From positions 76,605-140,604 of the forward strand of contig CAXXTH010000014.1 in the NCBI GenBank assembly GCA_963668025.2: a stretch of DNA of 64,000 nt, written 5' to 3'. Positions 1 to 9,387 of this stretch are shown here, piece after piece (the first letter of the stretch is position 1; each line of letters opens with the position of its first letter). Under the pieces are notes generated by a model. It searched no databases. It saw only the letters and a program-made list of their open reading frames with translations, and was not told the DNA's origin. Origin of the DNA: Candidatus Hydrogenedentota bacterium (GTDB taxonomy: Bacteria > Hydrogenedentota > Hydrogenedentia > Hydrogenedentales > SLHB01). Position numbers and translations under genes: made by a program.

Positions 1-483
1 AATTGGAACGTCAGCTACTCGCTCTATCTCGAATCGCTTGATCCGTGGTTTGAACAGCATGCGCCCAAAGGCTGGATCGCCAACCGGCGGCGCACCATGG
101 AATTGCTCCAACGCGAATCCGAGGTGCAGGAAGTCGTACAGCTCGTCGGCCCCGACGCCCTTCAGGATGCGGAACGCCTTATCCTCGAAATGGGGCGCAC
201 CGTGCGCGAAGTGTTCCTCCAACAAAACGCATTTTCAGATAATGACGCCTTCAGCAACCTGGAAAAAACGGGAGGCCTTCTCGCCATCTTGCTGGAGTAT
301 TATGACGAGTGCCGGGCTGCTCTCGATAAAGGCGCCACGCTTAACCAGATCATGGAACTCCCCGTGCGCGAAGACGTGGCGCGCTTGCGTGATGTGGCCA
401 ATGCGGATTTCGCCGCCCAGAGCCAGCGCGTCCGCGAGGCCATGAAGTCCGCCATCGCGGGCCTGCAAGGCAGAAAGGAATAA
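1..483 (+). CDS. ntpA: V/A-type ATP synthase subunit A, C-terminal part (starts before window)
   Basis: Frame 1 is open from base 1 (NWNVSYSLY...ELLQRESEVQEVVQLVGPDAL...FLQQNAF), the typical V/A-ATPase A C-terminus; followed by subunits B and D. Confidence 0.95.
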   Translation, partial: NWNVSYSLYLESLDPWFEQHAPKGWIANRRRTMELLQRESEVQEVVQLVGPDALQDAERLILEMGRTVREVFLQQNAFSDNDAFSNLEKTGGLLAILLEYYDECRAALDKGATLNQIMELPVREDVARLRDVANADFAAQSQRVREAMKSAIAGLQGRKE

Positions 484-489
484 CGCCAC

Positions 490-1929
490 ATGGACACGCA
501 AATCGAAACCGGAGTCGAATCCCCGGACCTTTTGCATAGCGAGTATTGGGATCTGACCTATATCTCGGGGCCGCTGGTTTTCTTGCGCAACGGCGGGCGC
601 TTCGCATCGGGGGCCATCCTGGATCTCGCCATGGAATCGGGTGAGATACGCCAGGGGCAGGTGCTCGAGGTGAGCCGGGACCACGCCGTCGTCCAAGTGC
701 TTCAAGGCACACGCGGCATGGACATTCGCGGCACGACCGTCGCCCTGCGGAACGAATCCGCGCGCATTGGCGTATCCAAAGCGCTCCTCGGGCGGCGCTT
801 CAACGGCACGGGCGAACCTATCGACGGCCTGCCGCCCATCGTGCCCGACGCCGAATTGAACATCTCTGGCATGACACTCAATCCCGTCGCACGTGATAAG
901 CCCAACGATTTCATCGAAACCGGCATTACCGCCATCGACCTTTTCAACACCCTCGTTCGGGGCCAAAAATTGCCGATCTTCTTCGGCTCGGGGCTTCCCG
1001 CGAATGAAATGGCCAATTTAGTGGTTCAGCAAGCCCAAACCAAAAGCGGTGAAGAAGAATTCGTCGTGGTGTTCGGAGCCATGGGCATCACCGAACGCGA
1101 GGCGTCTTATTTCATGCGCGCCTTCGACGAGGGTGGCCAAGGCGGCCGCGTGGTGGCCTTCATTAATAAGGCCAATGATCCCGCCATCGAACGCCTCTTC
1201 ACGCCGCGCTGCGCGCTGACCGTGGCTGAATACCTGGCTTTCGAGCTGGATTACCAAGTTCTGGTCATTCTGACCGATATGACGAGCTATTGCGAAGCCT
1301 TGCGGCAAGTGGCCAGCGCCCGGGAAGAGATTCCTGGACGCCGGGGTTATCCCGGCTACATGTACACGGACCTCTCCACCATTTACGAACGCGCCGGACG
1401 CATTCGTGGCATGAAAGGCTCCGTGACGCAGATGCCCATGCTGAGCATGCCCGACGACGACATCACGCACCCAATTCCCGATTTGACGGGATACATCACC
1501 GAAGGGCAGATCGTGATGAGCCGCGGTTTGCATCGCCAGGGGGTGTTTCCGCCCGTGGACATCATCCCATGCCTTTCACGGCTAATGAACAACGGCATCG
1601 GCGAAGGCCGCACGCGCGGCGATCACCGCCAAGTAGCCAACCAGCTCTATGCGGCGTATGCGCGCGGGCGCGACGTGAAAAAACTTATGGCCATCATCGG
1701 CGAAGACGCTCTAAGCGATTTGGATAAGAAATTCCTCCATTTCTCTACACAGTTCGAGAAAGAGATGATCGGCCAAGGCTGGACCCGCCGGACCATAGAA
1801 GGTTCGCTCGAATGGGGCTGGAAACTGCTGTCGAAGCTGCCCAGGGAAGAATTAACCCGCATCAGCCGGGAATACGTGGAACAATATTACCAGGAAGATC
1901 CTTCTGCAAAACAAGCGGAGGAGGCATGA
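490..1929 (+). CDS. ntpB: V/A-type ATP synthase subunit B
   Basis: Motifs TGITAIDLFNTLVRGQKLPIF, SAREEIPGRRGYPGYMYTDL, DDITHPIPDLTGYITEGQI. Confidence 0.97.
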   Translation: MDTQIETGVESPDLLHSEYWDLTYISGPLVFLRNGGRFASGAILDLAMESGEIRQGQVLEVSRDHAVVQVLQGTRGMDIRGTTVALRNESARIGVSKALLGRRFNGTGEPIDGLPPIVPDAELNISGMTLNPVARDKPNDFIETGITAIDLFNTLVRGQKLPIFFGSGLPANEMANLVVQQAQTKSGEEEFVVVFGAMGITEREASYFMRAFDEGGQGGRVVAFINKANDPAIERLFTPRCALTVAEYLAFELDYQVLVILTDMTSYCEALRQVASAREEIPGRRGYPGYMYTDLSTIYERAGRIRGMKGSVTQMPMLSMPDDDITHPIPDLTGYITEGQIVMSRGLHRQGVFPPVDIIPCLSRLMNNGIGEGRTRGDHRQVANQLYAAYARGRDVKKLMAIIGEDALSDLDKKFLHFSTQFEKEMIGQGWTRRTIEGSLEWGWKLLSKLPREELTRISREYVEQYYQEDPSAKQAEEA

Positions 1930-1957
1930 GGCGCTTTTCCGCTGACTGGATAAACGT

Positions 1958-2602
1958 ATGAGCACGGAAGATGTCAAGCCAACCCGCATGAATCTGCTGG
2001 CGCGCCGGGCGCAAATCAAGCTCGCCTCGGATGGCCTGGGCGTATTGCGCGGCAAACGCGAAGCGCTCCTCAAGGAGCTGATCACCCGCGCGCGGCGGTT
2101 GCGTGAATTGCAACAGGAACTCCACCAGCGCGGCCGTGAATCCGCCGCCTCGCTGGCCATGGCCCGCGCCGTGCGCGGCACGCCCGAAGTGTGCTCCGTA
2201 GGCCTCGCGGGACAGCGCGACTTGCGAATTTCCGTCTCATATGAGAAAGTGTGGGGGATACAATTGGGTGCGATCACGCACGACGGCATCGTGCGGCTCA
2301 TCGAGCAGCGCGGCATTGGCGGGCTTGATTATGGCGCCCACATTACCTATGCCGCTGAAAAAGCGGAAGAACTGTTGCAGCAACTATTCGCCTGTGCGCC
2401 GGTGGAAGGGCAGATCCAAACGCTGGGAGAAGAAATTCGCAAAGTGAGCCGGCGCATTAACGCTATTGAAGAACACTTGCTGCCGCGTTTACGCTCCGAA
2501 ATTCAAGCCATCACCCGCGTGCTTGATGAACGTGAACGTGAGGACCGGTTCCGCTTGAAACGTGTGAAGGGTAAAAAAGCCAAGGCCCGAAAGAAAGGGT
2601 AA
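1958..2602 (+). CDS. ntpD: V/A-type ATP synthase subunit D
   Basis: KPTRMNL...LRGKREAL N-terminus and RRINAIE...LDEREREDRFRLK C-terminus; A-B-D gene order. Confidence 0.95.
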   Translation: MSTEDVKPTRMNLLARRAQIKLASDGLGVLRGKREALLKELITRARRLRELQQELHQRGRESAASLAMARAVRGTPEVCSVGLAGQRDLRISVSYEKVWGIQLGAITHDGIVRLIEQRGIGGLDYGAHITYAAEKAEELLQQLFACAPVEGQIQTLGEEIRKVSRRINAIEEHLLPRLRSEIQAITRVLDEREREDRFRLKRVKGKKAKARKKG

Positions 2603-2605
2603 AGG

Positions 2606-3091
2606 ATGTTTGTAAGCGAAATATTGCACGAACGGTCCATCAAACTCCAAGTACGCGCCACCACCAAGGAAGGCGTCATAGAAGAACTCGTGGATGTCTT
2701 GATCGAAGCAGGCGATGTCCCGATGGTTCAGCGCAACCACGTGCTCGATATCATCGCTGAACGGGAAAAGGCCATCAGTACAGGCGTGGGCAATGGCGTT
2801 GCACTGCCCCACGGCGCTACGGACCGGATCGATGACATTGTGGGCGCGTTGGGCATATCAAAGCATGGCATCGATTTCGGCTGCCACGACGGCATTCCCG
2901 CATCGATTATCGTCCTGCTCGTGATCCCCCGCCGCAATTTTCAAGAGCATATCCTCACTATGGCGTCCATTGCGCGCTTGATGGGAAACAAAGCATTCCG
3001 GCCAAAACTGATGCAAGCAGACAGCGCGCAATCAGCTATTGCGCTCATAGAAGAAGAGGAAAACAAGCATAACAGTCCCCGCAGCAAATAA
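2606..3091 (+). CDS. PTS EIIA-domain protein (Fru/Ntr type), stand-alone
   Basis: EREKAISTGVGNGVALPHG motif with the phospho-acceptor His; starts 3 bp after the ntpD stop. Confidence 0.9.
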   Translation: MFVSEILHERSIKLQVRATTKEGVIEELVDVLIEAGDVPMVQRNHVLDIIAEREKAISTGVGNGVALPHGATDRIDDIVGALGISKHGIDFGCHDGIPASIIVLLVIPRRNFQEHILTMASIARLMGNKAFRPKLMQADSAQSAIALIEEEENKHNSPRSK

Positions 3092-3113
3092 ATCCGCCCA
3101 TATTTTTGGAGGA

Positions 3114-5468
3114 TTATTTCCGCTTCCGGAATGCGGCCGCTGCACATGCCAGGCACAACACCGACAGGCCCACAACACTTGCGGCGGGAAGGCTGCCTGC
3201 CGCCACCACATGCACATATGCGGGTGCGGTTTGCTTCTCAAGCCCGCTATCGTCTTTGACCGTACATACATACGACCCTGTATCCGATAACGACAACGAT
3301 TCCACCACATACGTGGCCTCTGTCGCCCCAGGTAGTATCTCGCCGTCTTTGCTCCACTGGTATGCAGGCGCGCCGATAGCCCCTTCTACGGCTACAATCA
3401 GTTCCAGCCGCTGCCCTTCCTCTTTCCAGCCACCCAGCGGCTCTTGTGAAAAGCGGAATGCGCTCACTTCCTCATACACCGGCAAATAATCCGACGCCAC
3501 GATATCGAAAACATCATATGCAACCGTCTGGCCATCGCCGACTATGCCAAGCCCCGTTCCCGCTTGATTATTGGCGCTATCCATAAAATAGCCGAATTCC
3601 TGCCCATCCAGGTATATCGACACCTTTTCGCCAGAATAACCTAGCGTCACCGTATGCACCAGGTTGCGCGTCCAGCTCGATGGATAGCCGCCAGTTTCCG
3701 TGACCTCGATGTCATTACTAAATGAAGCATGCCCCGCACCCATATGCTCCGCGCCTTGATCCATCCAGAAGGCTTTATTCCCGCTTCCCATACCATCGCC
3801 TGGCGGCAAATAGCGCCCCACAAGGCCCCACCAAGAACGCACGGTCGTCGTATGCGGAACGGTCATGGTCACAAAATAATCCGCCGGAAGATCTCCTCCC
3901 GCCGCATTATAATAGATGCGGTAATCGCCACTATCGGTGCGCCGCAGCACATTATTGATGATCTCGGCTGTCGCATCGTTCACACTTGCCCACCCATTTC
4001 CAGGCTCGCCATCCGCGCGATGAAAATGGTCTTCCCAATACACTGCGCCTGAAGCTCTGGTGGTGAACGTGTAATCCGAAGAAACAGAAGTATTCCCCAG
4101 CGAGTCTTGGGAGGACACCCGGAAATGGTAGCCCGTGTTCGCGGCCAGCCCTTCCAGGGGAATGAAATGCTGGCGAGTCATGCCATCAGGCGACAACATG
4201 CTTCCATAAGCATCCGTGATTCCATACTCGACTACGGAAGTGCTAGATTCATTCGTAATCCAAGCAATTGAAGCGCTTGTAAGCGAGGGAGATACAGAGA
4301 CAGCGAATATAACCGGAGGGTTCGGATCATCATCGCCTCCATCAAAAGTCACCGTCCAGCCCCTTCCAATGAGATTGTTGGCATGCGTGCGGCCTGCGCT
4401 GGATGGAGCCGTATTGTTGGATACATTCACCGTGCCGCCGCTCGTATTGAACGAATCCAATTCTTCCAGAATGCCATCTATCGCACTTTGATCGAGCCGG
4501 TTATCATTCACATACAGCCGCATCAATCCAGGGCAATCCGTCAGATTGATGCTTGCCAGTTCATTATAACTCAAGTTGATTTCCCCATTGTGGCCCGCTG
4601 GGAAAGTCCCCGTAAAGTCCGCGGATTCATAATGATTGCCAGAAGCCTGCACCGATGCCAAATGAGTTGAAGTCGGATGCAGCTCTCCTGTTTGATTATC
4701 GTTCCACACAAACAATTCCACCAGCAATGGAAACTGGCTCATATCGGGAAGATTGCTCGTCATCTGCGGATTATCGCGGACGCAGATATGCCAGACATTC
4801 GCCCCGGTGCTACCCCAATTGATGGATGTGTAGGCGTTGACCGCCCCACGCAGATCCGCCAAAGAAGGGCTCTCCGAGAGATCCAGCTCCGCCAGATTAT
4901 TGTCCTCAAAACATGCCCTCGATAGCAGGGGCGTATTATGCAAATCGACGGAGGCCAGCGATTGGCATAAATAACACTCGATATCCGTCAAGCTTACGAA
5001 ATTGCTGAAGTCCAGCGAAGTGATCGGATTATTATTCGATGCCCATAATTGCAGATACGGCGCTACATGCTCCAATCCGTATACGGCAGTGACATTCTGC
5101 TGCTCGAGAAACGGGATCTCCCAAGACCCGCCATCCCCGGCGTCATATCCGATATTGATCCCCGTGAGCGCGCTCCATGGGGTCACTCGCAAGGCATTTT
5201 CCCGCAATTCACTCGTCCCGAAATCCTTGCTGGGCGTAGCCGAATCGGATGTCGTTCCATCTCCGAATGTCCATTCAATGGCCGCGCCATCGCTAACCGT
5301 AAGAATGGCGGCAAAAGACGCCCCTGTCGTTTGAAAAGTAATAGCGTCGGCTGGGGGATCAGCGAATGCATTTGCTCCACTAACAAGCGAAAGCAGCACA
5401 CACGATGCGCATATCAAAAAACGGCCGCCAAACGCTTGAGCGTTCACCTGGCGAAATTCGTTATCCAT
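3114..5468 (-). CDS. Secreted/surface protein with leucine-rich repeats, FN3-like and Ig domains and a C-terminal LP-TM-basic tail
   Basis: Signal peptide ending ...GANAFA; LRR-like units (NNNPITSLDFS, DNNLAELDLS); FN3-like ASIAWITNESSTSVVEYG; Ig YQWSKDG...DTGSYVC; tail LPAASVVGLSVLCLACAAAAFRKRK. Start chosen at 5468 after GGAG. Confidence 0.8.
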   Translation of the reverse strand: MDNEFRQVNAQAFGGRFLICASCVLLSLVSGANAFADPPADAITFQTTGASFAAILTVSDGAAIEWTFGDGTTSDSATPSKDFGTSELRENALRVTPWSALTGINIGYDAGDGGSWEIPFLEQQNVTAVYGLEHVAPYLQLWASNNNPITSLDFSNFVSLTDIECYLCQSLASVDLHNTPLLSRACFEDNNLAELDLSESPSLADLRGAVNAYTSINWGSTGANVWHICVRDNPQMTSNLPDMSQFPLLVELFVWNDNQTGELHPTSTHLASVQASGNHYESADFTGTFPAGHNGEINLSYNELASINLTDCPGLMRLYVNDNRLDQSAIDGILEELDSFNTSGGTVNVSNNTAPSSAGRTHANNLIGRGWTVTFDGGDDDPNPPVIFAVSVSPSLTSASIAWITNESSTSVVEYGITDAYGSMLSPDGMTRQHFIPLEGLAANTGYHFRVSSQDSLGNTSVSSDYTFTTRASGAVYWEDHFHRADGEPGNGWASVNDATAEIINNVLRRTDSGDYRIYYNAAGGDLPADYFVTMTVPHTTTVRSWWGLVGRYLPPGDGMGSGNKAFWMDQGAEHMGAGHASFSNDIEVTETGGYPSSWTRNLVHTVTLGYSGEKVSIYLDGQEFGYFMDSANNQAGTGLGIVGDGQTVAYDVFDIVASDYLPVYEEVSAFRFSQEPLGGWKEEGQRLELIVAVEGAIGAPAYQWSKDGEILPGATEATYVVESLSLSDTGSYVCTVKDDSGLEKQTAPAYVHVVAAGSLPAASVVGLSVLCLACAAAAFRKRK

Positions 5469-5595
5469 GCCTGCTCTCCAAGTTTTCATCACGTCGGCAA
5501 CGATTACCCAATGCATAACATAATGATCGGCTACCCGTGATATACGTGTCAAGCCTGGCGCGCCAGGATAATCACATGGAAAACTATCTTGTTTT

Positions 5596-5662
5596 GCCTT
5601 AAAAACACAAAAGGCGCACAAGGCAAAAAAACACCTCATGCGCCTCATGCGCTATTCGCGGC
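5596..5662 (-). repeat. Long imperfect hairpin just downstream of the clostripain gene
   Basis: Minus strand gccgcgaatagcgcatgaggcgcatgagg-loop-ccttgtgcgccttttgtgtttttaaggc pairs with several G-U pairs. Confidence 0.55.
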
Positions 5663-5664
5663 TG

Positions 5665-7026
5665 CTAGATGGATCGTGCAACGGCCCTTTTCCTGGCGCT
5701 CATTAGCGCTAGGCAAACACCTGCCGCAGCCAATATGCCCGTATCGCCCGGCCCGCCATTGCCGCCCGATATGGAGGAAGCATTACATCCATATGTCGTA
5801 TCATCGTCGTCGTCATCATCGCCCGTATCCGCTTTGTCGCGCAGATTGCTGCAAAAATCATACAGGTCGATATTATCATACTCGTCGTAATACCACGTGG
5901 CGTAGTTCGCATCCAGAACCCAGGAACTGCCCATTTTGGCAAGATACTCTTTTACAAACTCATCCCATTGGGTATCCACGGCGAATTGCAAATTCGAGGA
6001 GCTGTAATCTGAGTTCATGCTTCCGCTCAATGGCAAATAGATGGCCAGGCCGTTGCTGCCTGTTTCATCCGTGCTATGGCGCTCCGTTATCACCGCATTG
6101 GATATCGCGGTCTGGACATCCGAGGCCGCGTCAACGATGGAATCCGTGTCGCCGTTCCAATCCGCACGCAAGCTTTCCGCCAGCACATCCACGCATTCCG
6201 CCACGGTGTCCATCTGGCTGAGATCGATGGACGCAAGGGTGTAGAATTCCGAATATGTCGCGGCGAAACGGTTTACCATTATCATGGCAAGCGCCTTTGG
6301 GGTCATGGAAGGGGTGGAAACGAGAGAAGATAAAATAGTGTCGTATGGCCACCCCTCAAGGGCGATGGTTTCTTCGGAAGCCACATAATAATCCGCCTGG
6401 TTCCGGATTTCATACGCCACCTCCGCCATGCTCATTAGGCAGGCATCCATTCCGAGGATATCAATAGGGCCGGTCGAAGGTTCGGACGCCTCCAATGCGA
6501 GGCGTAGCTCCCGAATCGATAAGGCGTCACTGCTCGTGGTGTCCGTGGCGACGGATTTGGCGTCATTCTCCGGAGCCGTGAGCCATCCGTCTCCATGATT
6601 CCATATGATCACCGCATAATGCTCCGCCGGATAGGCCGAAACACCCCAATTGATGAAGTCCGACAGCGTATCCGGGTCGCCCATGTTCACTTCACCGATG
6701 CTTTCCCCCCAATCGGTTGTCGGCGAATCCCCCTGCTGGATAAGACCCCGCCGGGCGTCCGTCCAATTGTCTTCCGACGTGGAGTAGCTGGATATGCGGT
6801 CAAACAGCGCTGCGATGTTCACATCCGACGAGGAACCCACATCCGACGCTTCCAGAAAATCGGTGATCGCCGATGCTTCGAGATCATTGTCTCCATCCAA
6901 ATATAGGAGCACGGTCCACGACGCCGTCCCGGCATAAGCGCTGGAAAGGCAGCACAAACTGCATGTGGCGCACATTAGGGCTGATAGCCAGCCGTTGCTG
7001 AATTCCCGGCTTAATTTCATTCTCAT
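5665..7026 (-). CDS. Clostripain-family (C11) cysteine peptidase with C-terminal Cys/TM tail
   Basis: WTVLLYLDGDNDLE, EVNMGDPDTL, catalytic WNHGDG and MDACLM, ASEE; signal peptide; Asp-rich linker then YGC...GD-TM-RKR. Confidence 0.92.
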   Translation of the reverse strand: MRMKLSREFSNGWLSALMCATCSLCCLSSAYAGTASWTVLLYLDGDNDLEASAITDFLEASDVGSSSDVNIAALFDRISSYSTSEDNWTDARRGLIQQGDSPTTDWGESIGEVNMGDPDTLSDFINWGVSAYPAEHYAVIIWNHGDGWLTAPENDAKSVATDTTSSDALSIRELRLALEASEPSTGPIDILGMDACLMSMAEVAYEIRNQADYYVASEETIALEGWPYDTILSSLVSTPSMTPKALAMIMVNRFAATYSEFYTLASIDLSQMDTVAECVDVLAESLRADWNGDTDSIVDAASDVQTAISNAVITERHSTDETGSNGLAIYLPLSGSMNSDYSSSNLQFAVDTQWDEFVKEYLAKMGSSWVLDANYATWYYDEYDNIDLYDFCSNLRDKADTGDDDDDDDTTYGCNASSISGGNGGPGDTGILAAAGVCLALMSARKRAVARSI

Positions 7027-7503
7027 CGTGTAATCCTCCTACACAAGAAGTATACCAGAGAACCTTTATTTGTTACGTTACAATATCGTTATGCAAGTCC
7101 ATATCCGCCATGCCTGCAAAGGGATGTGCAAAACGATAAAATGCGAAAAACTGCTTCCCCCGCCGTTATTCGTGAATTGATTTGAACGGCTTTTGGGGGC
7201 CAGAACTGGAAATAACCATGAAAAAACAGGAATACGGTTTGATGATGGGCGGCATGCCGCCCTATTCTGTATCGAGTTATATCTAAATTAAGGAATACAA
7301 ATAGTATTCTATTGTCAAGGATTTTACAAAATGTCCGCAATGCGCATTTTCAGCACTATGAAAGCAGTGAAGCCCTTATTTGCTCTTCATGAGAATACTG
7401 TGCTACGATTAGCAAGTTCGCCCGGAGCAATAGCCGGGTAGGTAAAAGATGGTGCTATACATAAGGCGCATGGGGGGGGGTGAATGAAAAGGTGTGTGGT
7501 TAA

Positions 7504-7950
7504 GTGTCTGGAAATTTAAAAGACAAACTGATTCTTGAACTGCAAGGCATACGTATTACCACGGAGAGCATTCAGACCCCCAAAGGCCGGCATGCAATAC
7601 GCGAGATAACGCATGTCCGTATCGAAGAGCGCGCTAAAACACCTCGTTCCCGCTCCAAATGGCGCATAGTGCGCGATGCGGCGGCATGCATTGCCATCAT
7701 GGCGTTCGGTGTTTGGAGCTATATCAAATGGGAAAACGCATGGGCTTCGCTCCTGCTCATCGCGGCGCCAAGCATCATCATCCTTGATCTCATCATGTCG
7801 CTTTTCTCATGGTCCTACCGCAGCCGGATATCCGTCCAATATGTGGTGGTGCTCACGAAAAAAGAAGGCGATGTGCCGCTGATCGCCTGCGGCAAGCAAG
7901 AGATGGCGCGCCAATATAAAGACGCCATCGAACTAGCCTTGCAGCGATAG
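7504..7950 (+). CDS. Small two-TM membrane protein (DUF6232-like)
   Basis: GTG start; IRITT...HAIREIT N-terminal segment, two hydrophobic helices, C-terminal DAIELAL. Confidence 0.6.
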   Translation: MSGNLKDKLILELQGIRITTESIQTPKGRHAIREITHVRIEERAKTPRSRSKWRIVRDAAACIAIMAFGVWSYIKWENAWASLLLIAAPSIIILDLIMSLFSWSYRSRISVQYVVVLTKKEGDVPLIACGKQEMARQYKDAIELALQR

Positions 7951-7984
7951 AGGCGCATGCGCCACCCCGAGTGTTGCATTCGCC

Positions 7985-9109
7985 TCACCGGCAGGTTCGT
8001 GCGGTCTCCACGACAGCGAGTACGTTTTCAAGCGGAATATCGTAGAACAGATAGTCCGACGCCGCCACCATATGTTTCGAGCCTCGAGTGGCGTCAATAA
8101 CCCGCTTGGTTTCGCGCTGGACATCTTCAACGGTTCCTTGAAGCAATATATCGAGGCCAATATTGCCGCGCGTACACATGCTGGAAGGAAGGAGCTTGCG
8201 CGCCTCGGCCAACGATGCGACATTGCCTACCGGCGGAGGCGAAAGGGTCTCGAAGAGATCAATGCCCATCAGGCCATAATACCCCATGGTGAGAAATGGC
8301 TCGATGGGCGAGCAAATATGCGAATACACCAGGCCCCCCGCATCATGCACGGCCTTCGTGATCGCCTGTGAATCCGGCACGATATAGGCCTCATATAATT
8401 CCGGCGACATCATCTCCCGGCCCGGCCCGCCGAGAAATATGAAATCCGCACCCGCGCAAATCACCGCCTGGCACAATTTGATGTTCACTTCGCGAATCGC
8501 ATCGCATAACAGCCGGTAACGGTCTGGGTCCGTCATGGCGAACATGACGACATCCGGCACCGTGGCCAGGCAAAACATCTCGAAGGGCTGTACGGACCAC
8601 TGGATGCTAACAGGCCATTGCGGATGAACCTGCGCCAATACCGGCCCCACCATCTCAGCTATGCGCGGCAACGCCTTATAATGCTGCTCGATGTACCAAT
8701 AAACAATATCAAACGGGTCGTTTTTTTGACAGGCCTCCATATACGAAATCGGATACCGAGTGGGTGTGCCGCTTTGATGAGGATGCTCATGAATGAGCCA
8801 ACGAAGCTCACCGTACGGGGTCTCCAGCCAGCTTGTGGAATGCTTCCCGCCATTCTCCAAGCGCGTTTCACTCTTCCATGCCAGCTCTGGCACAATATCG
8901 CCCAATCCCGGCAGGCCCAGATTGATGAGCCCATCGCATCCCACCCGGTTATATGCATCCATGGTGTCTTGCACCGTGCCATCGCTGACCCATTCTTTAC
9001 CCGCCAGTTTCACATCGAAACCGCCGCCAGCGCCGATTTGCAAGGATACATACACGTTATCTTCGCCATGCCGGATATGATTAATAAACCGCTCGCGCAT
9101 CGTCATCAT
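7985..9109 (-). CDS. Uroporphyrinogen decarboxylase / cobalamin methyltransferase (URO-D) family protein
   Basis: MTMRERF start, ETPYGEL, MMSPELYEAY, YSHICS, RGNIGLD..L.GTVEDV, IPLENV; start trimmed to 9109. Confidence 0.8.
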   Translation of the reverse strand: MMTMRERFINHIRHGEDNVYVSLQIGAGGGFDVKLAGKEWVSDGTVQDTMDAYNRVGCDGLINLGLPGLGDIVPELAWKSETRLENGGKHSTSWLETPYGELRWLIHEHPHQSGTPTRYPISYMEACQKNDPFDIVYWYIEQHYKALPRIAEMVGPVLAQVHPQWPVSIQWSVQPFEMFCLATVPDVVMFAMTDPDRYRLLCDAIREVNIKLCQAVICAGADFIFLGGPGREMMSPELYEAYIVPDSQAITKAVHDAGGLVYSHICSPIEPFLTMGYYGLMGIDLFETLSPPPVGNVASLAEARKLLPSSMCTRGNIGLDILLQGTVEDVQRETKRVIDATRGSKHMVAASDYLFYDIPLENVLAVVETARTCR

Positions 9110-9387
9110 GATGCCCTTTCCCATAGTTTCCATATCATGGAGCTTCCAAAGAAATACGCTATGCTTGTTCCCACTGCATTCATGGCTACGGCCAGCACTC
9201 CACATTCATCGAAAAGACTAGAAATAGAATGAATGGAGAATGCGGCTGCCCGCCAATGATTTCATGCCTCCTTTCTTAAGTTTTGCAGTTGTCTCCGATC
9301 TTTGGATGGCCAGCTCCAGTAAAGAAACCACAAAAACGGGCATACCATATATTTCTCCGTATGCGCCATTCAAGTATTTCTAAAATA

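Noticed and set aside
9218-9265. 15-aa minus-strand ORF (MKSLAGSRILHSFYF) preceded by AGGAGG, a possible leader peptide
   Set aside because: SD-to-ATG spacing is only 1 nt and there is no attenuator structure or telling codon bias.
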